Positions 28,096-36,183 of a DNA stretch of 40,371 bases are shown in pieces. Source of the DNA: an uncultured Planctomycetales bacterium (GTDB lineage Bacteria > Omnitrophota > Gorgyraeia > Gygaellales > JAHJCI01); NCBI GenBank assembly GCA_964588765.1, contig CAZPQS010000002.1, forward strand, positions 1 to 40,371, read 5' to 3'. Numbering within the stretch: position 1 is the stretch's first letter; each line of letters starts with the position of its first letter. A program made the translations under genes and the position numbers. A model generated the notes under the pieces. That model was not told where the DNA came from and searched no databases. It saw only the letters and a program-made list of their open reading frames with translations.

Positions 28096-28896
28096 ATGCC
28101 GGAATTACCCGAGGTTGAGACCATAAAACGCGAGCTAAGCAGGGCTGTTTTGGGCAAGAAGATTATCGGGGTTAAGATAAACAACCCCAGGGTTATTAGG
28201 CAACCCGGCAAGGAAAGATTTTCAAAAGGCCTGAAAAATACAACCATTAAAAATATTTTAAGAAAAGGAAAGCTCTTGATTTTGGAATTATCAACCGGCA
28301 AATCCTTAATCATACATCTGAAGATGACCGGACAACTTATCTATCCGGGTAATCTCCGACAGAGTCGGGTGAGTTTCAAATTATCCAACAATAAATGGCT
28401 GGATTTCAATGACCGCCGCCTGCTGGGTGAATTAAGGCTGTTGGATGACTGGACATCCTTTAAATTTATTAAGGAATTAGGGCCTGAGCCGTTTGATTTA
28501 ACCGCAGATAGATTCAAAAAGATGCTCGCCAATAAGAAAACCAAGATAAAGCCGCTATTGATGGACCAAACATTTATTTCAGGCATAGGGAATCTCTATG
28601 CCGCAGAAGCATTGTTTAGAGCCAGAATACATCCCCGGAGGCCTTCCTGTTCCTTGACGGATAAAGAAAAGGACACGCTTTTTAAACAGATACAGGCGGT
28701 ATTAAAGCAGGCGATAGATTATAAAGGTTCTTCCGTGGACCAGTATGTTCAGTTATCCGGTCAACCGGGGGATTATGCCAAGTATCATAAAGTCTATGGC
28801 CGGGAAGGCCGGCCTTGTTTTGTGTGTAAAACCCCGATTAAGAGAATCTCCTTAGCGGGCCGGGGGACTTATTTTTGTCCAAGATGTCAAAAATAA
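28096..28896 (+). CDS. mutM: formamidopyrimidine-DNA glycosylase
   Basis: Start at the ATG at 28096, giving the MPELPEVE N-terminus (catalytic Pro2). H2TH motif and a C-terminal zinc finger CFVCKTPI...FCPRCQ. Confidence 0.9.
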   Translation: MPELPEVETIKRELSRAVLGKKIIGVKINNPRVIRQPGKERFSKGLKNTTIKNILRKGKLLILELSTGKSLIIHLKMTGQLIYPGNLRQSRVSFKLSNNKWLDFNDRRLLGELRLLDDWTSFKFIKELGPEPFDLTADRFKKMLANKKTKIKPLLMDQTFISGIGNLYAAEALFRARIHPRRPSCSLTDKEKDTLFKQIQAVLKQAIDYKGSSVDQYVQLSGQPGDYAKYHKVYGREGRPCFVCKTPIKRISLAGRGTYFCPRCQK

Positions 28897-29702
28897 TTCA
28901 AAAAAAGACAAGGGTTGTTTCCAATATTCATTTGGCAGGGAATTATTATAAGTTAGCCCTCAGCCTGCCTGAGATTGCCCGGCGTGCCCGACCCGGGCAG
29001 TTTGTAATGTTGCGCGTATCTAATGATTATCAGCCGCTTTTAAGGCGGCCATTTAGTATTCATTCCGTTAATAACGGGAAAACAGGCCATAATAAAGGTC
29101 AGATAGAGATTCTTTACGAGGCTGTCGGTAAGGGCACAGAGATTTTATCGGAGAAAAAACCCGGAGAATATCTGGGTGTCCTAGGGCCACTGGGGAATGG
29201 ATTCGACCTATCCGCTATCCGCTATCCGCTATCCGCTATCTTGGTTGGCGGCGGAATCGGCATAGCCCCGCTTTTATTTTTGGCAGAGAAGATCACAAGA
29301 AAACAAAAAACAAAAAACAGCAAGCCGAAGGTGCTGATTGGCGCAAAGACAAAAGGAGAAATTTTATCTAAAAAAGAGTTTGTAAAATTAGACTTGAGTG
29401 TTAAAATATCTACTGATGATGGTTCATCCGGATTTAAGGGCAAGGTTACAAGATTATTAAAGTATTTACTATCAAATATCAACCATAAACTATCGACTAT
29501 TTATGCCTGCGGCCCAAAGCCGATGCTTAAGGAGGTTGCCGTAATTTCGAAACAATACAATATTCCAGCACAAATTTCTTTGGAGGAATATATGGCTTGC
29601 GGTCTGGGCGTGTGTTTGGGTTGTATGGTTAAGACTAAGAGAGGTTATCGAGCCGTCTGCAAAGATGGCCCGGTATTTGATTCAACTAAAATAATATGGT
29701 AA
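28875..29702 (+). CDS. pyrK: dihydroorotate dehydrogenase electron-transfer subunit
   Basis: RRPFSI FAD motif, VGGGIGIAPL NAD motif and a C-terminal 2Fe-2S cysteine cluster CGLGVCLGCMV...VCKDGPVF. Confidence 0.85.
   Translation: MSKMSKIIQKKTRVVSNIHLAGNYYKLALSLPEIARRARPGQFVMLRVSNDYQPLLRRPFSIHSVNNGKTGHNKGQIEILYEAVGKGTEILSEKKPGEYLGVLGPLGNGFDLSAIRYPLSAILVGGGIGIAPLLFLAEKITRKQKTKNSKPKVLIGAKTKGEILSKKEFVKLDLSVKISTDDGSSGFKGKVTRLLKYLLSNINHKLSTIYACGPKPMLKEVAVISKQYNIPAQISLEEYMACGLGVCLGCMVKTKRGYRAVCKDGPVFDSTKIIW
29208..29240 (+). repeat. heptanucleotide microsatellite (CTATCCG x4.7) inside pyrK
   Basis: Read directly: units at 29208, 29215, 29222 and 29229, plus a partial unit at 29236. It encodes LSAIRYPLSAI. 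Confidence 0.9.
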
Positions 29703-29715
29703 AGGAGGGATAGAG

Positions 29716-29967
29716 ATGGATGAGCTCGGATGGCTGAAATTGTTAAGAAATCTAAGCATAGTCTGCAACGGAATTGGTTTTGTAATAGCCCTGGCATTTA
29801 TCTTGGGCCCCAAGGTGCTTATGGCGATAAGCAAAATCTTCGACACACACTATCCCACCGTAAGTTTGGAGAAGATATTGGTAAGCAAGGCCAGGATAGT
29901 TTTAGGTTTTACCCTCTTGGTTATTACCGCTTTGATGCTATCATTGATCATAAAGGTAAAGGCATAA
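29716..29967 (+). CDS. small two-TM membrane protein, paralogue A
   Basis: 83 aa with two hydrophobic helices separated by a roughly 25-aa polar linker. Alignable by eye with the next ORF. Confidence 0.55.
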   Translation: MDELGWLKLLRNLSIVCNGIGFVIALAFILGPKVLMAISKIFDTHYPTVSLEKILVSKARIVLGFTLLVITALMLSLIIKVKA

Positions 29968-30044
29968 GCCAAGGATAAGGGATAGCTTGAGGTTTTCGAT
30001 CCCGGAGATTAAAAATAAGGGATAACGATTTATAAATAGGGGAG

Positions 30045-30290
30045 GTGTCAATGAATGAGTTTTTGTATATCAATTTACTTAAGACCATTAGCCTTGTAGC
30101 AGGCATATTGGGAGTATTAATCGGGCTGGACCTGCTTTTGGGCGCTTCAGTTACGACCGCTTTAAAGCGGGTATTAGACAAATACTTTGATTTTGATAAG
30201 ATAGCGGCCAATCGCAGAGTTCAGATAGTCATCGGGATTATGTTTTTAATCTTCTCCCTGATTATACTCTTATTAATCAAGAGAGTTTAA
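30045..30290 (+). CDS. small two-TM membrane protein, paralogue B
   Basis: 81 aa with the same architecture. GGGGAGG Shine-Dalgarno upstream. Shares the pattern LL..S.V..G.I.L..LG..V..A....D......IV.G...L....L.LIK with paralogue A. Confidence 0.55.
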   Translation: MSMNEFLYINLLKTISLVAGILGVLIGLDLLLGASVTTALKRVLDKYFDFDKIAANRRVQIVIGIMFLIFSLIILLLIKRV

Positions 30291-30463
30291 AGATTTATAC
30301 AGGGCTGACTACAGCAGCAATAAATCCTGCAGTCTTAGCGGGATAGGGCAGGCTTAGATTATAGACGGAACTTCACCAATCCCCCCTGCTTTTAGCCACA
30401 AATAAACCCCTACCCAAACCGGCTAAATAAGTCCAAAAATTCAGATTAAGCAAGATTAATTTG

Positions 30464-30472
30464 TGGTATAAT
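30464..30472 (+). promoter_or_regulatory. extended -10 promoter element (TGGTATAAT) upstream of rmuC
   Basis: TGnTATAAT at 30464-30472, 39 nt before the rmuC ATG, which is preceded by a GGAGG Shine-Dalgarno. No good -35 box. Confidence 0.4.
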
Positions 30473-30510
30473 AAAACAGGTAAAATATCCACAAACCAAA
30501 CGGAGGCAAA

Positions 30511-31605
30511 ATGAATATATATCTTTCTTTTATGATAGGTCTTGTTATAGGCGTGGCCGCGGTTATGATTATATATCTCAAAATTAAAGATTCCTTCAAG
30601 GCAATATCTTACGACGCATTATTAAAGAATAGTGAGGAATTTTTGAAACGCGCTGAAAAGGAATTCGCCGGCCAGGCCAGGGTCCATCAGCAGGAGCTCG
30701 AGAATAAAAAGGGGCTTATCGAGCAGACATTCACTGCGATGAAGGAGAAATTGGAAGCAGTGCAGAAATCGGTCGCGGACTTTGAAAAAGACCGCAGGCA
30801 GCAATTCGGAGCCATTACTATGCAATTGCAATCTGTCGCAGACCATAGCGCCCGCATTCAAAGTGCTCTTGCCAGTAACAGGATGCGCGGGCAGTGGGGC
30901 GAGAGAATGGCAGAGGATATATTGAGATTAGCCGGTTTTATCGAAGGAATAAATTATAGAAAGCAAAAGGCGCTGGAGTCGGGTCGGCCTGATTATACCT
31001 TTCTCCTGCCGCAGAATCTTATCGTAAATATGGATGTAAAATTCCCTTTTGACCATTACCAGTATTATCTTGAGGCAAAAGAAGAGTCAGAGAAACAGAG
31101 ACATAAGGAGCAATTCTTAAGAGACGTAAAGGCAAGGATAAAAGAGGTTACCACGCGGGATTATATAGATCCTGCCCAGAATACAATAGACTATGTAATA
31201 CTCTTCATCCCCAACGAGCAGGTTTATGCATTTATTAATGAGGCCGATAATTCAATATTGGACGAGGCAATGAAGAATAAGGTTATACTTTGTTCTCCGC
31301 TTACCCTTTATGCAATCCTTGCGGTCATCAGACAGGCGGTAGATAACTTTAATCTGGAGAGAACCGCCGGGCACATACTTTCGCTCTTAGGCGCGTTTAA
31401 TAAACAGTTGACTATTTTTATTTAATCAATGGACAGAATGGGCAAGAGAATAGACGATGCGCGTCGCGAGTTCGATACCTTAGTTTCTACGCGGCGTAAT
31501 CAGCTTGAGCGCCCGCTTAAGCAAATCGAAGAACTTCGAACAAAAAAGGGAATCAATATAGAGATGCTTCCTGATGAGAGCGAATCAACCGCTGACGAAG
31601 CTTAA
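30511..31605 (+). pseudogene. rmuC: DNA recombination protein RmuC interrupted by an in-frame TAA (31423-31425)
   Basis: N-terminal TM and coiled coil, then the RmuC core (RPDYTFLLP...DVKFP...ILFIPNE...CSPLTLYAIL). The same frame continues after the TAA as SMDRMGKRIDDARREFDTL...IEELR, the usual RmuC C-terminus, ending at the TAA at 31603-31605. Confidence 0.75.
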
Positions 31606-34600
31606 CAAATCCAGACATAGCAGTAATCTGCCCCTATCCTTCCCTCATATCTATGTCATCGAGGCCTCTGCCGGCTCAGGGAAAACAAAAAGGCTGGCTG
31701 AGCGCTACGTTGATTTTCTGCTTCACTATTCCGGGGAAACCCCTGTCCCGTTTAATTTCCGGAATGTCCTTGCAATTACCTTCACTAATGAGGCTGCCGA
31801 CCAGATGAGGCAGGAGATTCTCAGGATGCTTAAAACCAAGGCGCTCCATAAGGGCAGAGACTCCTCTGCGGCAATGCAGATTATCGATGAGATAATTCGT
31901 AATTTCTCTGACTTTGCCGTGCGCACAATTGATAGTTTTGTCCATAGCCTTCTGGTTGCCTCCAGCCTGGAATTGAAACTTCCTCCCGATTATGAGATTA
32001 GCCCCGAGCCGCGTGCTTATCTAGAATATGTCCTGGATGCCTTTTTGGATGAGGTTATTTATAATCAGGATGTCGGCCGGCTCTTTTTAGACTTCCTGAA
32101 TCATTTTCTGATTGTTGAAGGACAAAGGCATTGGAATCCCAAAAGGACATTATTGAATCTTTTGATTAGATTTTATCAGGAAGAGAACAGCCATGCCAAG
32201 CCCTTCAAAGAGGTTCCCGGGGATTCAGATTTAAGCAGCCTGGAGGAGGAGCTTAAGAGCGAGATTGAGCAATTCCTTTCGTCAGTAAGTACCCAGCCGG
32301 ATTTTGATCAGCGATTTACAAAAGGCCTAAGGTCCTCGTTAGATAACTCAGGGCCGGATTTTTTAAAGAGACTAAATCGCTATATTAATAAGCCGCGCCG
32401 CGTTGAACTTAATCTCCTTCCGCATTGGAGAAGGATTAAGAGCAAATACAACGATTATGCCCATGCCTTTGTCTGGCTAAGATACAGCTTTTACCTGAAG
32501 GTTTTCAGTAAATTTCGCCAGCGCCTGGAAGATTTCAAGGAAGACAAGAGGCTGGTTTTCCTCGATGAATTAAATAAGAAGGCAAGGCAATTTTTAACCA
32601 GCGAAGGCGCCCTTGTGCCGGCGGAGATATATTATAAATTATCCTCCGTACTTTATCATTATCTGATTGACGAATTTCAGGATACAAGCATTTTACAGTG
32701 GGAGAATATTCAGGCCCTGGTTGAGGATGCGCTTTCCAAAGGGGGATCTTTATTCTATGTCGGCGATAAAAAACAGGCAATCTATCGTTTCCGCGGCGGG
32801 GAGGTCGAGCTTTTTGATTTAGTCAAGGCCCGGTTTAAAAGCCAGGTGGCCGAGATTTACGATAAGGTCTTGCTTTCTAATTATCGCTCGCGGGAGGCTA
32901 TCGTCAGGTTTAATAATTCCGTGTTTAGTCAGGAAAATCTACGCGGTTTTCTAAGCACCTTCGCGAGCTTAAACAGGGAATTTCAAGAAGAGATTTTGGC
33001 TGTGTTTAAAGACAGCCAGCAGAAGCCGATGGGAGACGATGCCGCCGGCGGCTATGTAAGATTAGAGATGCTCCGGGGCGAGAATAAACAACAATTACAG
33101 GATTGTTTGAATATTAAATTAAAAGAGACTATCCTTGCGCTTACGCAGAGATTCAATCATCGGGATATCCTGATTTTGGTGCGCGATAATCAAGAAGCCC
33201 AGGGGATTGCCGATTTTCTACTTGCGCAGGGATTTCCTGTTTGCGCCTCCCGCACAACAAGCATTCGTCAAAATTATCTCATCCGTCAGATAATCGATTT
33301 GCTTAAATTCTTAAATTCACCCATCGACAATCTCTGCTTTGCCAATTTTATCCTGGGTGAGGTTAACGCGTTGGCGACACAATTAGACTCCGGGGCACTG
33401 CAGTTATGGTTGGAGAATTTAAGGATTGATAAAGACAGGGGTGTTTTATATACCCTGTTTCGCTCAGCGTTCCCCGATATATGGCAGGAATTTTTCCAAT
33501 ACCTGTTCAATGCCGCGGGATTCTTACCCGTTTATGATTTAGTTAAGACAATCCTGGTAAGGTTTAAGGTTGAGGATAATTTCCCTCATCTTCGTGGGTT
33601 TACCCAACGGCTCCTGGAGGTATCAAATGCGCTGGAGGAACAGGGTAAGAATTCGCTTTCAGAATTTCTGGAGTGGTTTGAGAATGCTCAAGAGGAAGAC
33701 CTTTTCATCCGGCTGCCTCCGGGTTTAGACGCAATTAAGATTCTTACCATTCATAAAGCCAAGGGCTTAACCTCTGCGGTGGTAATTTTACCGTATGCGG
33801 CATTAGAGGTAAAGGTGGGTGAGGTTCCTTTTGAGGCACCCAAGATTGTCTATGACAGGCCAGACGGACTCTATCTTTTGTATCCTCAAAAGGATATCTG
33901 CCAGAATCTTCCCGAGCTTACCCCCATTTACCAGAAGGAATATTCCCAGAGCCTTTTGGATGAATTGAATTGCCTTTATGTGGGCTTTACCCGCGCAGCC
34001 AGCGAGCTTTATATATTCCTGCCCCCAAAGATAAACCGAAGAGACAATCCTCTTATATCTCTACTGTTCGATAAGGAACAGAATCTAAGGGAATGGGGCA
34101 AGAGGATAACTTATCCCCGCGCGGCTCAACCCGGATATCCGCCAAGAAAATTTCAAAAAAAGACTCAGCCGTTTGAGAAATTACCCCAGGAAATATTTAA
34201 AGATATACTCAAGCCGCAGCTAATTCTACCCGAGCAGATTATCTCCTCAGAGAGAAGACGCTTGACCAAGCGAGGAGAGATTCTTCATTATCTCTTGGCA
34301 GAGATTGACCCCCGGGCCTTTATTAAGGATAAGTCCTTTTATATTCAAAGGGTTCGGGATGCCTGCCGCTTATTTAATTATTCTGATTCTCAGGGAATAA
34401 TTCAATGTCTTTCTGATTTTTTCAAAGATCCCAAGATACAGCCGTTCTTCAATCCCGGGCTTAAGGCATTCAATGAAAAAGAGGCGGTTGACCAATACGG
34501 CAATCTTAAGCGTATTGACCGTCTGGTATTTACCGGGGATAAAGTCTTGGTCATTGATTATAAAACCGGCGAGGGTTATCGAGAGGAGCACCGGCAACAG

Positions 34601-34705
34601 ATTAGGGAGTACGCGCATCTTATAAACCAGCTTTATCCGGACAGATCTCCGGAGTGCTGGCTTATTTATGTTGATACAAAAGAAGCCCGCCCGGTTAATT
34701 TATAA
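31574..34705 (+). CDS. UvrD/Rep-type helicase fused to PD-(D/E)XK nuclease (AddA/RecB-like)
   Basis: Walker A ASAGSGKT, DEFQDTS, VGDKKQAIYRFRGG, NYRS, TIHKAKGL and VGFTRA helicase motifs. C-terminal nuclease motif IDRLVF...VIDYKTGE...QIREY. Confidence 0.8.
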   Translation: MRANQPLTKLNKSRHSSNLPLSFPHIYVIEASAGSGKTKRLAERYVDFLLHYSGETPVPFNFRNVLAITFTNEAADQMRQEILRMLKTKALHKGRDSSAAMQIIDEIIRNFSDFAVRTIDSFVHSLLVASSLELKLPPDYEISPEPRAYLEYVLDAFLDEVIYNQDVGRLFLDFLNHFLIVEGQRHWNPKRTLLNLLIRFYQEENSHAKPFKEVPGDSDLSSLEEELKSEIEQFLSSVSTQPDFDQRFTKGLRSSLDNSGPDFLKRLNRYINKPRRVELNLLPHWRRIKSKYNDYAHAFVWLRYSFYLKVFSKFRQRLEDFKEDKRLVFLDELNKKARQFLTSEGALVPAEIYYKLSSVLYHYLIDEFQDTSILQWENIQALVEDALSKGGSLFYVGDKKQAIYRFRGGEVELFDLVKARFKSQVAEIYDKVLLSNYRSREAIVRFNNSVFSQENLRGFLSTFASLNREFQEEILAVFKDSQQKPMGDDAAGGYVRLEMLRGENKQQLQDCLNIKLKETILALTQRFNHRDILILVRDNQEAQGIADFLLAQGFPVCASRTTSIRQNYLIRQIIDLLKFLNSPIDNLCFANFILGEVNALATQLDSGALQLWLENLRIDKDRGVLYTLFRSAFPDIWQEFFQYLFNAAGFLPVYDLVKTILVRFKVEDNFPHLRGFTQRLLEVSNALEEQGKNSLSEFLEWFENAQEEDLFIRLPPGLDAIKILTIHKAKGLTSAVVILPYAALEVKVGEVPFEAPKIVYDRPDGLYLLYPQKDICQNLPELTPIYQKEYSQSLLDELNCLYVGFTRAASELYIFLPPKINRRDNPLISLLFDKEQNLREWGKRITYPRAAQPGYPPRKFQKKTQPFEKLPQEIFKDILKPQLILPEQIISSERRRLTKRGEILHYLLAEIDPRAFIKDKSFYIQRVRDACRLFNYSDSQGIIQCLSDFFKDPKIQPFFNPGLKAFNEKEAVDQYGNLKRIDRLVFTGDKVLVIDYKTGEGYREEHRQQIREYAHLINQLYPDRSPECWLIYVDTKEARPVNL

Positions 34706-34707
34706 AT

Positions 34708-34938
34708 ATGAAGATTTTTGTCAAGGTCAAGCCCAATGCCAGAGAGAATAGAATTGAAACGACCGGCAATAATCAGTTTTCGGTCCAAGTCAAGGCCAAA
34801 CCGAAGCAGGGTGAGGCGAATCAGGCAGTAATAGAGGTTTTGGCCGAGCATTTCGGCGTTGGTAAATCATATATTTCACTCTTAAAAGGGCAGACTTCAA
34901 AACATAAGATATTTATTATTAAGGAGCCGGAGAGATGA
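34708..34938 (+). CDS. DUF167/YggU-family protein
   Basis: 76 aa. KVKPNARENRIE.....VQVKAKPKQGEANQAVIEVLAEHFGV matches the UPF0235 pattern. Confidence 0.7.
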   Translation: MKIFVKVKPNARENRIETTGNNQFSVQVKAKPKQGEANQAVIEVLAEHFGVGKSYISLLKGQTSKHKIFIIKEPER

Positions 34939-35354
34939 AGGTCATAAGCAAGCAGTTAAGCCTCAAAACTAAAGGAACAGGCGATTTAATAAATATTACT
35001 GAGCAGATTCAGGATGCCTTGGGGAAAACCGGCCTTGAGCAAGGGACGGTAACCGTATTCGTAGTTGGCTCCACCGCTGCCATAACCACCTTTGAATACG
35101 AATCGGGTTTAATTTCCGATATTAAAGATTTGTACGAGAAACTCATCCCTTCAACTGAATCCTATGCACATGATGAGACCTGGGGCGATGCTAACGGCTT
35201 CAGCCACTTACGCTCTGCCTTGCAGGGGCCCTCATTGGTAATCCCCTTTAATTCCGGCAGACTCATTCTGGGCACCTGGCAGCAAATCGTATTAGCCGAG
35301 TTTGATACCAGGACGCGTCAGAGAAAGATAATCCTGCAATTTATCGGAGGATAG
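34935..35354 (+). CDS. YjbQ/UPF0047-family protein, copy 2 (divergent)
   Basis: VVGSTAAITTFEYESGL...HDETWGDANGFSHLRSALQGPS...GTWQQIVLAEFD. Same fold signature as copy 1 but much diverged. Confidence 0.7.
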   Translation: MKVISKQLSLKTKGTGDLINITEQIQDALGKTGLEQGTVTVFVVGSTAAITTFEYESGLISDIKDLYEKLIPSTESYAHDETWGDANGFSHLRSALQGPSLVIPFNSGRLILGTWQQIVLAEFDTRTRQRKIILQFIGG

Positions 35355-35357
35355 ATA

Positions 35358-35948
35358 ATGAATAAAAGAAAATCAGCAGTCTACAAGGCAATAGTTTGCC
35401 GGCGGACAATTCGCCGGTTTAAACAAGAAACAATCCCCAAAGCTATTTTGAAAAGATTAATCAACGCCGCCCGACTTGCTCCGTCAGCAGCAAATCTGCA
35501 ACCCCTGGAGTTTATTATTATAACCGATAAAGATATTCGCGCTAAAATTTTTTCTCATCTTAGCTGGGCAGGGTACATTGCTCCCTATGGGACGCCTGTG
35601 CCTGATAAAAGGCCGGTTGCCTATATCGCAATTTTAGTTAATAAGACTAAGGCACAACCAAAATACGCTGCTTATGATGTGGCAGCGGCAGCCCAGAATA
35701 TCCTTCTAACCGCCTGGGAACAGGGTATCGGCTCTTGTTGGATGCAGGCGATTGACCGAGGCAGGGTAAAGGAGATATTGGGTATTCCCGGAGATTATAG
35801 GCTGGATTCAATTATCTCCCTGGGCTATAGAGCTGAATTACCCGTTGTTGAGAGATTCAGGGGCTCAATTAAATATTGGAAGGACAGGAAGGGTAAATTG
35901 CACGTACCTAAAAGAGGCATAAGCCAGATACTCTATAAGATAATATGA
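35358..35948 (+). CDS. nitroreductase-family protein
   Basis: RRTIRRFKQE.IP...L..LINAARLAPSAANLQPLEFIII is the nitroreductase N-terminal signature. Confidence 0.8.
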   Translation: MNKRKSAVYKAIVCRRTIRRFKQETIPKAILKRLINAARLAPSAANLQPLEFIIITDKDIRAKIFSHLSWAGYIAPYGTPVPDKRPVAYIAILVNKTKAQPKYAAYDVAAAAQNILLTAWEQGIGSCWMQAIDRGRVKEILGIPGDYRLDSIISLGYRAELPVVERFRGSIKYWKDRKGKLHVPKRGISQILYKII

Positions 35949-35964
35949 AATCTTACAGCAAATA

Positions 35965-36183
35965 ATGGAAGATAATTTTGATTTTACAACAAAGGATGAG
36001 CTGCCTGAAGAGCATTCGAAGGATATGAGAAGATGTCCCCATTGTGATAAATCCATTCCTGCGGATAGCCTGTTTTGCCTTTACTGCGGCGAGCCGGTTT
36101 CGCCAGTCAAGAAAAATAAATGGCCGGCCTGGGTAGTTTTTCTTATTCTGGTTGTATTTCTCTTTTGGATATTTATCTTATGA
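35965..36183 (+). CDS. zinc-ribbon small membrane protein
   Basis: CPHCDKSIPADSLFCLYCGEPV zinc ribbon followed by one C-terminal TM (WPAWVVFLILVVFLFWIFIL). Confidence 0.55.
   Translation: MEDNFDFTTKDELPEEHSKDMRRCPHCDKSIPADSLFCLYCGEPVSPVKKNKWPAWVVFLILVVFLFWIFIL

Noticed and set aside
29730-30211. ORFs 29730-29978 (+) and 29948-30211 (-) overlapping the small membrane-protein genes
   Set aside because: These are alternative frames of the two paralogous two-TM ORFs. Their translations are non-hydrophobic and basic/low-complexity, with no ribosome-binding site. The in-frame paralogue pair supports the chosen frames.
30486-30494. ATATCCACA DnaA-box-like 9-mer upstream of rmuC
   Set aside because: It is a single isolated near-consensus match far from the origin. 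It is compatible with chance and has no supporting cluster.
31423-31425. Alternative genetic code (TAA reassigned) suggested by the in-frame TAA in rmuC
   Set aside because: Many well-defined genes in the window (dnaA, gyrB, glmS, pyrR, pyrB and others) terminate at TAA exactly where homologues end. TAG and TGA are also used as stops. A standard code with a nonsense mutation or a split gene is simpler.
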